DNA of 64,000 nt. It comes from Nitrosopumilaceae archaeon (lineage in GTDB: Archaea; Thermoproteota; Nitrososphaeria; Nitrososphaerales; Nitrosopumilaceae). The translations under genes were made by a program, and so were the position numbers. The stretch covers positions 1,600,001-1,664,000 of the forward strand of contig OZ242365.1 of NCBI GenBank assembly GCA_965208905.1, read 5' to 3'. Below are positions 48,862 through 58,517 of the stretch, one piece after another (the first letter of the stretch is position 1; each line of letters opens with the position of its first letter). A model generated the notes under the pieces. The model was given only the letters and a program-made list of their open reading frames with translations. It was not told the origin of the DNA and ran no database searches.

Positions 48862-51484
48862 ACTCATTGGTACGATAATACCAATAAACGAGATATCAAA
48901 GGGTGGAGCCGCAGAGAAGAACAAAAGTCGTAATAGAATCAACAACTTACATCGGTGGTGGGCTTCGCGGCCCACCACAGTATCCCGCGTAACGGCATAT
49001 GCGGCGCTTGTAGACCCACCAATAGAGGAGCATAGAGAAATGATACGAAACATGTGCGATTATGATAATACAACCAAACCTGATCGTATACTAGTACGGG
49101 ATGCCGCGCGCAAGCGAATCAAAGAGAAATGGAAAACCCCACCAAAGGTGTTGGACCCGTTCGGCGGCACGGGAGCATTACCATTTAGCGCCGCATGGTT
49201 GGGCTGTGACTCTCATTCTATAGATTACAATCCGGTTGCTGTACTTATACAGAAATGCGCATTGGAATATCCACCAAAATATGGACAGAAGTTAAAGGAA
49301 GATGTCATACAATATGCCAAAAAGGTTGGAGACATGTTGAGGGAGCGCACTGCACAATACTACCCAAGCAGCGACCACTACGGATACATCTGGTGTCGCA
49401 CTGTTCAATGTAATTGTGGATACATAATACCACTTGTACACAACTATATGCTCTCAAAGAGGCAGGGGGTTCACTTCAGGCCAGCAGCCAAGGGCGGCGA
49501 GATCAGGTTTACGGTTCACGGTAAGGGTGAGGTACCTCACCCACAAGTGGGCGGCAATCGCGGCATGTGCATGAGTTGTGGCCGCCCATACACCTACCTT
49601 GAATTGCGGGACATGATATGGGAGCATGGCTCTGCAATGATGTGTGTCGCAGTGTCGGCTCCAAAACGCGGTAAGGGTAAGACCTTTAGACCGGCGAACG
49701 CAGACGACGCGGCGCTGTACGAATCGTGCTCGGCACAACTTGCAGAGCGGCGCGAGTGGTTCCGCAAAAAGCATGGTGTGGATCCAATACCGGACATGCC
49801 AATCCACACGCCGGATGAAAGGGAGTATAGGCGCGGCGGGCCTGCGTGGCATGTGCTAGGTGTGGTCACCTATGGGCAGACGCGATGGTCACACCTCTTC
49901 AATGACCGCCAACCACTCTGCATGACAATACTATTGGAGATATTGCGCGAGGTCGAGTCGGACGTAGTCGCGCAGCATGGTCGTGAACGCGGCACCGCAA
50001 TCGTGACTTACCTCGGACTGATTATGGACAAGGTACTGGAAAACTACTGCCGGCTATCTCGATGGCGATCAGACAGTAGTGCGATTGTGGACTGCTTTGC
50101 GCAGCAGAACATAGACAAAAAGTGGGACTATGCGGAGGCGGCGCCGCACATATTCTGGCAAAACACCACTGAGTCGCTCCTGGGGGGCATGGGGGCCGCG
50201 CTTTCTAGTGACGTGGTCTGCGACGTACAGCGCGCCTCGGCGACCAAATTACCCTACGAAGACGATATGTTCGACGCGGTCTGCACTGACCCGCCTTACT
50301 ACGACTCCATGCAATACTCTCGCCTAGCTGACTTTTTCTACGTCTGGCTAAAGTGCTCTGTCGGCCATCTACACCCTGAACTTTTCCGGGGTGCACATAC
50401 GCCAAAAAAACACGAGGTGGTAGAGAATGAGGGCAACGCCATAGGCGCGACTACGGACTGCGAGGTGCGCGACAGTGACGGCTACCTAAAATTGATGTCA
50501 CAGTCACTACGCGAGATGCATCGTGTGCTGAAGCCTGGCGGCGTACTCGTACTTGTATACGCGCACAAGACCACCGAAGGATGGGAGACTCTCATCAAGT
50601 CAATACTGGACGCGGGCTTTACAATAACAGCGGCCTGGCCCATTGACACAGAGAACACATCGCGGATGGGGTCCCGCGTTGGCGGGCAGGGCACCGCGTC
50701 ACTCGCCTCATCAATATACATGGTGGGTCGCAAGTGGGAGCGCAGGCCACCAGCCGAGTGGCGTATAGTACAGCGTGAATTCCGCGAGCACACATGCGCG
50801 ATACTGGATAAGTTAATCAAGGCCAACATAACCGGCTCGGACTTTTACATCGCGGCCATCGGCTCCGCTCTGGAGATATTCGGCAAGTATAAGGCGGTGC
50901 GAATGATAGACGGTGAGACAATCGATGTGGGCTTTATTCTAGATGAGATACGCAAATTGTGCTCGGAGTTCATAGTAAAGACACTCACGACTGGTAAGGG
51001 TGGAAACATAGACAATCTCACCAAACTATACATTGTATGGAGATGGTCATATGGTAACCAAAAAGTACCATACGATGATGCGCGCAAACTCTTCACCGGT
51101 GTGGGACTGAACCTGGATGACTATACAGGTAAGGGTGGTATCGTAAAGATAAAGAAAACGAAATCGAAAAGTGAGGTACACTTACTAACGCACCAGGAGC
51201 GCGACGATGAGATACAGATTAAAGGCAGTATAGACGTAACACATCAGGCAATACGTCTACTAAATGCAAACAAACGTGATGAGATGAAGGAATTACTCCT
51301 CAGTACAGGTAATACGGGTGATGAGTTCAACGCAGTCTGTAAGGCAATCGTACAGGCGGGCCGCTCGCAGGGCGGACAGACGGACGAATCAAGGGAGATT
51401 GAACAGTTCTGGTCTGGGCGGCAGGGAGAGGTATACGAATCAACGCCGGGACAGCAAAGGATGACTGATTATAATGAAGTTTGA
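48842..51484 (+). CDS. DUF1156 adenine methyltransferase
   Basis: LHRWWASRP, DPFGGTG, TDPPYYD, ITAAWP. Confidence 0.9.
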   Translation: MAAGTNRLIGTIIPINEISKGGAAEKNKSRNRINNLHRWWASRPTTVSRVTAYAALVDPPIEEHREMIRNMCDYDNTTKPDRILVRDAARKRIKEKWKTPPKVLDPFGGTGALPFSAAWLGCDSHSIDYNPVAVLIQKCALEYPPKYGQKLKEDVIQYAKKVGDMLRERTAQYYPSSDHYGYIWCRTVQCNCGYIIPLVHNYMLSKRQGVHFRPAAKGGEIRFTVHGKGEVPHPQVGGNRGMCMSCGRPYTYLELRDMIWEHGSAMMCVAVSAPKRGKGKTFRPANADDAALYESCSAQLAERREWFRKKHGVDPIPDMPIHTPDEREYRRGGPAWHVLGVVTYGQTRWSHLFNDRQPLCMTILLEILREVESDVVAQHGRERGTAIVTYLGLIMDKVLENYCRLSRWRSDSSAIVDCFAQQNIDKKWDYAEAAPHIFWQNTTESLLGGMGAALSSDVVCDVQRASATKLPYEDDMFDAVCTDPPYYDSMQYSRLADFFYVWLKCSVGHLHPELFRGAHTPKKHEVVENEGNAIGATTDCEVRDSDGYLKLMSQSLREMHRVLKPGGVLVLVYAHKTTEGWETLIKSILDAGFTITAAWPIDTENTSRMGSRVGGQGTASLASSIYMVGRKWERRPPAEWRIVQREFREHTCAILDKLIKANITGSDFYIAAIGSALEIFGKYKAVRMIDGETIDVGFILDEIRKLCSEFIVKTLTTGKGGNIDNLTKLYIVWRWSYGNQKVPYDDARKLFTGVGLNLDDYTGKGGIVKIKKTKSKSEVHLLTHQERDDEIQIKGSIDVTHQAIRLLNANKRDEMKELLLSTGNTGDEFNAVCKAIVQAGRSQGGQTDESREIEQFWSGRQGEVYESTPGQQRMTDYNEV

Positions 51485-54400
51485 AGACCTGAAAACAGGC
51501 ATAATGATAGAAGGTCCACAGTGGGATGGACCGGTCACATTGGAGAAGTTTGAGAGCATAGGCGAGCGTACAAAATTAACAACACGACGCGATGACGGTA
51601 ACACAAGAACGGTACGTGTAAATCTCAAAGATATACACATGTATAATACACAACACGGTACACCGTGGCGTACAAGGGCCGCCGTTGATATGCTACGCCA
51701 CAAATATGCAAGGGGTAGTGGGGCAGATTATGGCCGGATGGACCCCCTTCCGCACCAGATACAGTCCATATACCATATAACCGGCCAGTATGATGACATA
51801 AGATTCCTACTGGCAGATGAGCCTGGTGCAGGCAAGACCGCAGTAGCAAGCAGTGTAATACGCGAGTTGCAGCTACAGGGACGCGCAGACCGCACACTGA
51901 TAGTTACACCCGCACACCTCAAATACCAGTGGAAGGAAGAGTTAAAGCGCTTTGTAGGCTTGAAATCACATATAATTGAGGGCAGTACTGCTGACCCATC
52001 AGACCCGTGGCCAGACGACCACAATATTCTGATAACATCAGTTGACTATGCTAAACGGGACAAAAGACTCGCCACTCTACAACATACGGACTTTGACTTG
52101 GTGGTTGTGGATGAGGCTCACCACATGAACTCATCAGGCAAGACTGTAAGCACCAGATACAAGTTGGAAAGGGTGCTCTCGACAAGAACCACACACATGA
52201 TATTCCTGACGGCAACTCCGCACCGCGGCAAGTCTGAGAACTTCCGTTTGTTATTAAACCTGTTAAAGCCAGAACTATTCCACGATGGTCTTACACCCGA
52301 AGAGGTGGCAGTCCGCAAGGAACCGATGTTTCTGCGCCACCTCAAAACAGATATGACAGATATGGAGGGTAGGCCAATATTCAAGGCCCGTACAGTGAAA
52401 TCTCTCAAATACGAGATGTCCATACCCGAGCAGGGAATGTACAGGATGGTGAGTAACTATGTGCGCATACAGCATCAAAGATTGGTAGCGCAGGGAGAGA
52501 AGCTCGCACCATTCGTATTACTACTGATACAGAAGCGTATGGCATCAAGCACATATTCACTTCAAAAGACATTGGAGAGACGCAGGGACAAGCTCAAGGA
52601 CTATCTGGAGAGGGACGTATTCCCAAGACCCAATCTGGAGTACGAAGAAGTGGACGACGAGTACGACGAGGATGACCCCGAGCATGAGAGGCGGGATGAC
52701 GAATTAAGTGGAATAACCGCATCGCGCACACCAGAGCAACTAGAGGAAGAGATATCTGAACTGGATGACTTAGTCAAGGCCGCAAACGAGGCCGCAACCA
52801 CCAAGCCAGACAAGAAGCTCGAAAAACTACTCGATATTGTAAATAATCTTGGTGGAGACAAACTGCTGATATTCAGTGAGTACAAGGATACCATAGAATA
52901 CCTGGAGAAGAATATTGGTGAAGATACATGTCGTATTGACGGTGATATGAAGCAGGAGCAGCGCGACAGGGCCGTGCAGGAGTTCAAAGACAAATACCGC
53001 ATAATGTTGGCCACAGACGCCGCGCGTGAGGGAATGAACATGCAGTTCTGCAATGTGATGGTGAACTATGACTTGCCTTGGAGCCCCATAGTACTGGAGC
53101 AACGCATGGGCCGTCTGCACAGATACGGACAGAAGAAGGATGTCATGATACACAATATGATAGCAGACAATACAATAGAGGGGGATGTACTTGAAAGACT
53201 GTCTGATAAAATCATGGAGATTCAAAAACAGTACAAGGCAGTAGATGTTATCGGCACGATACTATCGGAGGTCAACATGAAGGATATTATGATAAAGTCG
53301 ATAGAGGGACGCGCTGCTACCGGTGTGGATGATCAGGTACAACAGGCCAAGAAACAATTGGAACAGGCACAAAAGATGCTGGAGCACACACCCGTAGACC
53401 GGGACGCGGCACTACGTGCAAAGGAAGAGATTGACGCGAAGCGTGTAGATGGTGAGTATCTAAAGAAGATGATGTATGGGATATTTGAGGGGCTTGGTGG
53501 GAAGATAAAATCCACCAATACAAAGACCACACTACAAGTACCTGATGAGTTGCGCGGTGGGCCGTTCAGGCGCAAATCCGAATCACTCGTCGGGCCGATA
53601 CAACAGATACTGTCAAGAGGCACAAAACATTACAAGCATGTAGAGTCTTGGGTTTTGGATAACTGTAAGGGAGATTTGTTAGGTGGGTCCGTGTTTGCTG
53701 GTAAGCACGCGGGACATATAGTATTTCATACGACTGAATTGAAGGATCGCGCAGGCAAGACCGTCGAGGTGTTGGTGCAGGCACATCACATTCACACGGA
53801 TGGTACAGTGCAATCCGTACATCCGGATATATTGAGTGAGTTGGAAGATGTTGGCGGTGATGCCGGGAGTAAGCCGGAGGCTAACGTGGTTGATGCGGCA
53901 TACAACGACGCGCAGGTGAGGGCAAACCAACTAAACGAAGATGAAAGGGAGTTTTGGAGGCGTAGAATCGAGACAGTGGATATCAGTAGTGGTTTGGAGA
54001 ATCTACGAATGGAGATGGGGGAGGTTATGAATGGAACGCCTGAATGGAGGGAGATGGATGAAAGAAGAAAGAGGTTGGAAGAATGGGAGGATAGCATGGA
54101 GAGGCGCGCCAGCACGGACAAGTTGTATGTGGAGGAGCCCGTTTTGATAGGATGGGTAAAGGTTGTAAAAAACAAGGAAACACAGGATACGGAGATGCGC
54201 GGCATGAACCGCAGTATGGAGATAGAACGCAAAGAGGGTTTCATACCCGAGGATGTCTCAAACAAGCGCGGCCTTGGATACGACATACTGTCAAAACATC
54301 CGGATGGCCGGGAGCGTCATATAGAGGTGAAGGCGCGGTGTTCATTTACAGGCATACAGTTTACACCCAACGAGGAGAAGGCGCGTCTTAACGACCCACA

Positions 54401-54584
54401 CTACATGCTACACGTACATGTGTTTGATGGCCAGGAATGCCGCACGCGTAGAGTCAAAGACCCATCCAAGTTAAAGACAAAGAAAGAGACAGTGTTTACC
54501 ACACCAAACTCTGAGATTGACCGTCTTGGTGAGGAATACCTTGTAGAATCGGATGTTATGAGGGGAGGTGCGCAGTTCATATAA
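51474..54584 (+). CDS. SNF2 helicase with C-terminal DUF3883-like nuclease
   Basis: LLADEPGAGKT, DEAHH, TATP, EQRMGR; GYDILS...IEVK. Confidence 0.92.
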   Translation: MKFEDLKTGIMIEGPQWDGPVTLEKFESIGERTKLTTRRDDGNTRTVRVNLKDIHMYNTQHGTPWRTRAAVDMLRHKYARGSGADYGRMDPLPHQIQSIYHITGQYDDIRFLLADEPGAGKTAVASSVIRELQLQGRADRTLIVTPAHLKYQWKEELKRFVGLKSHIIEGSTADPSDPWPDDHNILITSVDYAKRDKRLATLQHTDFDLVVVDEAHHMNSSGKTVSTRYKLERVLSTRTTHMIFLTATPHRGKSENFRLLLNLLKPELFHDGLTPEEVAVRKEPMFLRHLKTDMTDMEGRPIFKARTVKSLKYEMSIPEQGMYRMVSNYVRIQHQRLVAQGEKLAPFVLLLIQKRMASSTYSLQKTLERRRDKLKDYLERDVFPRPNLEYEEVDDEYDEDDPEHERRDDELSGITASRTPEQLEEEISELDDLVKAANEAATTKPDKKLEKLLDIVNNLGGDKLLIFSEYKDTIEYLEKNIGEDTCRIDGDMKQEQRDRAVQEFKDKYRIMLATDAAREGMNMQFCNVMVNYDLPWSPIVLEQRMGRLHRYGQKKDVMIHNMIADNTIEGDVLERLSDKIMEIQKQYKAVDVIGTILSEVNMKDIMIKSIEGRAATGVDDQVQQAKKQLEQAQKMLEHTPVDRDAALRAKEEIDAKRVDGEYLKKMMYGIFEGLGGKIKSTNTKTTLQVPDELRGGPFRRKSESLVGPIQQILSRGTKHYKHVESWVLDNCKGDLLGGSVFAGKHAGHIVFHTTELKDRAGKTVEVLVQAHHIHTDGTVQSVHPDILSELEDVGGDAGSKPEANVVDAAYNDAQVRANQLNEDEREFWRRRIETVDISSGLENLRMEMGEVMNGTPEWREMDERRKRLEEWEDSMERRASTDKLYVEEPVLIGWVKVVKNKETQDTEMRGMNRSMEIERKEGFIPEDVSNKRGLGYDILSKHPDGRERHIEVKARCSFTGIQFTPNEEKARLNDPHYMLHVHVFDGQECRTRRVKDPSKLKTKKETVFTTPNSEIDRLGEEYLVESDVMRGGAQFI

Positions 54585-54786
54585 TGCGAGTTCCACAGGT
54601 GGACATAAATCCACACAAATCAATTCGGGTTCCCCACTACCAATTGTGGAGGAATTGAGTATGCACGCGGTAGACTTATCATTCCCTTAAATAACGCCGC
54701 GTCCCATATACGGGAATGAACAAGTCAACAATGAAAAAGGTTGAAGAAGAATCTCGCTGCGGGCATGACTCCCCCGCAATCAGCGA

Positions 54787-56891
54787 ATGAACAAACCAAC
54801 AATGAAAGAGGTTGAAGAAGAGTGGAATAGAATATTCATGCTTGTTAGGGGTGAAAAGCCGACGGTTCGCCTAACATGCCTCGTAAAGTCCAAGTGGCCC
54901 AAACTGCACAAGAAGATGTGCATTTCGTGGGGGTTCGCGTGGCAGGCAATCGTAACGGGTCTACTTGACCAAAGTGAGGTAGATGTGATTGGTGCGGAAC
55001 GTGATTGTGACTGTATCGAGTGTATAGGTAAAGACCAAAATGATCGCCCGCACGATGTAGACGCACTGGTTAAGCTGAGAGGATATGAAGTGCCGATACA
55101 GATTGGTATGTTTGAAGGGGCGCTGATACATGATTCTGATGTGGTGGACAAAGAGTATGGCGCCGTGGACACCAAATGCATCCACAAGAGGGACACCGAA
55201 CTTATACGTCGCAAAATCCGACAAACACCACCGGACGGCATTACGCTGATTTATACCAACATCGTGGTATCACCAGGTGGTGGTTTTGGGGCATTTAGTT
55301 ACGACGCGGGGTCTCCGGATGATGACTGGTGGTATGAGGGTGTGAGAGACAGGTGCATCATACTATGGCGGAAGCAGAGTGATAAGGTATACCATGTGGT
55401 CAATGAGGATAGTGCGGACAGAAGACTTGTACTGGCACGGAGTGGAACGTGTTCGATATACTATGGTGTGGGAGGCTGTGTGGATGCGGCCAAGGAATTG
55501 TGCGGTGTGTTGGGCTACGAGCGCATCATTCCACAAGTGATAAAACCGCGCCATTCACCAAAAATCCCCAAAGATACACCTCCAATGCCATTCTGTCCGA
55601 GAACGGTGGCCGGCTTAAAAGAAGCAGTAAGTGCAGAACCCAAAAAATGGACCGGTAGCCCTGACAGTGTGATAGCGGCGCTGTACTATCCCGATTATGC
55701 GCGCGCGTATTTCGAGGCGTTGGGGGGCGCCGATAAGGATGTACAAACTAACGGTTTGGTACCCGTACTGCGACATGTGGTGGAGCGGCATGGAGAGTCG
55801 GTGAGGGAGGGTGCCGTTGACGAGGAAAAGTGGCGCCGTTCTGTGTCGGCCGCGTTGTCAACGCTTAAGGTACTAGCCGAAACCAACGACACCAAATTCG
55901 AGCAAAATACATTGGTTGAAATATGCCGCATCTTGCAGGATATCGCGTCTGGACGGCACGAGGATTATGTATGCAAGATGTTGCATCTAGGTGAGATTAA
56001 CAAAAGGTTACACCTTGAGGCGTTGTTTTGCCTTACATATATGGTGATTTACAGACTGGGTGACAGGACACCGCCAGAAGTTTTGGAGACACTAACCACC
56101 GCCGCAAAGGTAGACGGGCAAGATGGAAAAGGGCGCCGTATCGTACTTGGCTATGCATTGCTGATGGGCTCCAACGGGAGATACCTGATTGGTACACCGA
56201 GAACGAATCACTACTCTTCGGCAATGATTCACCCAATGGCATGAACTCGGTTTTGATGCGCGTCTACCTGCGCGACAGACTACCAGACAAGCAAACCATG
56301 GAGAAGTATAACACACTCGTGTTGGAGGCATTGACTGAGGAGATGTTGGATATGAGAGTGTTGGAATCCAAAACCGGAAACCGGGTGAAGATAAACGGCC
56401 CTGTTAGGCATTTCATGATTAGTGTATTGTATGACTGGCGCGGTTATGGAATAGAGGATTCGGTTCGGAATTTGGCCCGCATCGGGCCGGATGCGGTGTG
56501 TATGGCCGGCCACGAGTGCGGACATCTCATTCATGACGAAAACACTGAGAAAAAAATCGTGGATCGCGGCGTGCAGTTCTGGGAGGCGGTTCTAGACTCA
56601 TCGCCGGAGCCGGAGGCGCTGTATGGCTTTGGATGGTGGGCATTGACCAAGTCCATCGACCAAAACACATGGGAACGGTTGATGCTGCGCACATGTGAGA
56701 TTGCCAAGGGTATTGTGGAGAATCCAACTTGGGTGATTGAACGCGCATCATCCGGTTGCAACCCCACAGCTGATGGGATCCAGATTATTGAATCAATACT
56801 ACGCGCCGACAGAAGTATTTCCTCAGACCTTGCCATAAAATGTGATATCATCAAGATGCGGGAGAATAATGTACTGACAGATATCGAATGA
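54787..56891 (+). CDS. Hypothetical protein(s): ORFs 54787..56244 and 56241..56891, perhaps one frameshifted gene
   Basis: Downstream frame is open and protein-like upstream of its ATG (EIPDWYTENESLLFG). Confidence 0.55.
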
Positions 56892-57083
56892 TCTGAACCC
56901 AGACCTTTAATGCGCAAATCTTACCTGAGCTGGAAACCAGTGCCGTCCACTTCCAATCCACACACCTAATGTATGATGTACAACTTTGGGTCACGGATTT
57001 CCCAACCGTACACTAGGTCACCATGTTTTCCCACCTCCGGCTTTTCACAACTCTTATAGCACCCAAGTCTGCGCAGGCCACCT

Positions 57084-57776
57084 ATGGACGGATCCATGAA
57101 GAAACCAGACATGACGAACATCTCCGACGCGGCAAAGCAGGCGGCCGGCGAAGCCGAGATGTCGGGCCGCGCCCAAGTGTTCCTTGACTACGACCCCGAC
57201 TACAGGCAGGCAAAGATTACCGTGGGGAGCAACTTCCAAGTGCGGCATCCCAAGGGCACCGAAACGTACTGCGCCGAGTACACCAGGCGCGCGGTGCCGC
57301 TGACTGCCGTATACCGGCACGAGGTGGTTCACAAGGAGCCGCGGCGCAACACTGACGTTGCCAAAGACAAGATAATCGAGGCGCTGGAAAACGAGTGGGA
57401 TCTGTACGTTGGGTACCACACCCCGGAGCCGGAAGTCATACCCCGGTCAATGGAGGACTTTAACTGGGCAGCCAGAACCGCCCATGGCATCCACGGAAAG
57501 CGAACCGTGTCGCTTTGGAGGGAGTGCAGGCTGAAGCGCGAGGACGAACTGTACTTCTTGTGGGTGAGCGCCGACATGGTCAAGAGGGATCCGCCTGGAG
57601 CCGTACAGGTGACAGACCTCTGCTCGTTCGAGGGCGACTACGACTACAAGGAGATGGTAGGCGTGATTGGAAAGGCTGTCCGCGAGTATATGGTAGTGGA
57701 GGATCTGAACCCGCTGTGGTCGCACGACTGCTTCCTGCATCACATGCAGTATAAGTGCCCTCCCGGAACGTCGTGA
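57084..57776 (+). CDS. Hypothetical protein
   Basis: 230-aa ORF with strong third-position GC bias. Confidence 0.7.
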   Translation: MDGSMKKPDMTNISDAAKQAAGEAEMSGRAQVFLDYDPDYRQAKITVGSNFQVRHPKGTETYCAEYTRRAVPLTAVYRHEVVHKEPRRNTDVAKDKIIEALENEWDLYVGYHTPEPEVIPRSMEDFNWAARTAHGIHGKRTVSLWRECRLKREDELYFLWVSADMVKRDPPGAVQVTDLCSFEGDYDYKEMVGVIGKAVREYMVVEDLNPLWSHDCFLHHMQYKCPPGTS

Positions 57777-58138
57777 GCCGATAACAGCGTGCTAAGATTG
57801 TATACTACCGTGCTCTTGTAACTGGGTTCTGTCAAAAACTAGGTACATAATGTATAGTGTCAAAAAAGATACATGACATCAAGAATGAAACAAAACTCAT
57901 ACCTCTGATTCTGGTTTAGTTACTATGATTCCGCCATACTGTCGGACTTGCGCATATATCACAATTTTGTGATACCACATCAAGGGTTGCCAAACCAAAT
58001 GACGCCCGCTGAGGCCGCAGGTATCCAGATAGAGGGCGCCAACAAATGGATGACACTCATTCAGGCTGCGGCCAAGGCCAAGCAAAAATAAGTAGTATAT
58101 TTTTCATCTTTTATTCAGCATCAGGGCAGTTCATGTCT

Positions 58139-58359
58139 GGAGTGGAAACATTGGTCAAATTAGCGGAGTGGAAATTGGGGTCGGAGTGGAAATCTAGGTC
58201 AGGTCAGCACTTCTTCCCACTTCAGGTCAGCACTTTCCCTGGGTCAGCATTTCTTCCCAATTCCGTTGGAGAGGAACTGTCCCATTAACGACACCTGTCC
58301 CAAAGTGGCGCTTGGAATGGAAACGGAGGTCCTGTACGATCAGGCGTTCGGAATGGAAA
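58139..58359 (+). repeat. Cluster of GGARTGGAAA (x5) and GGTCAGCAYTT (x3) boxes next to an AT-rich tract
   Basis: Boxes at 58139, 58165, 58183, 58314, 58350 and 58202, 58225, 58242; AT-rich 58084-58116. Confidence 0.8.
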
Positions 58360-58361
58360 TT

Positions 58362-58460
58362 GTACATCTGAGATGAAACCCCCCAGCCCCATTGAAGTAG
58401 AACATAATTCATAAACTATGTACGCTGTTGAGTGTACCAGTAGTGAACGCCCACTCTCCA
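58362..58460 (+). CRISPR. Degenerate solitary repeat-spacer unit
   Basis: 37-nt repeat-like ending CCCCATTGAAGT, then a segment nearly identical to the reverse complement of 61879-61903. Confidence 0.6.
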
Positions 58461-58517
58461 AGACAACCGGGCCTACGGGCGGTAACCCAAAAACGGGGCG
58501 CCACACAATACTACAGT

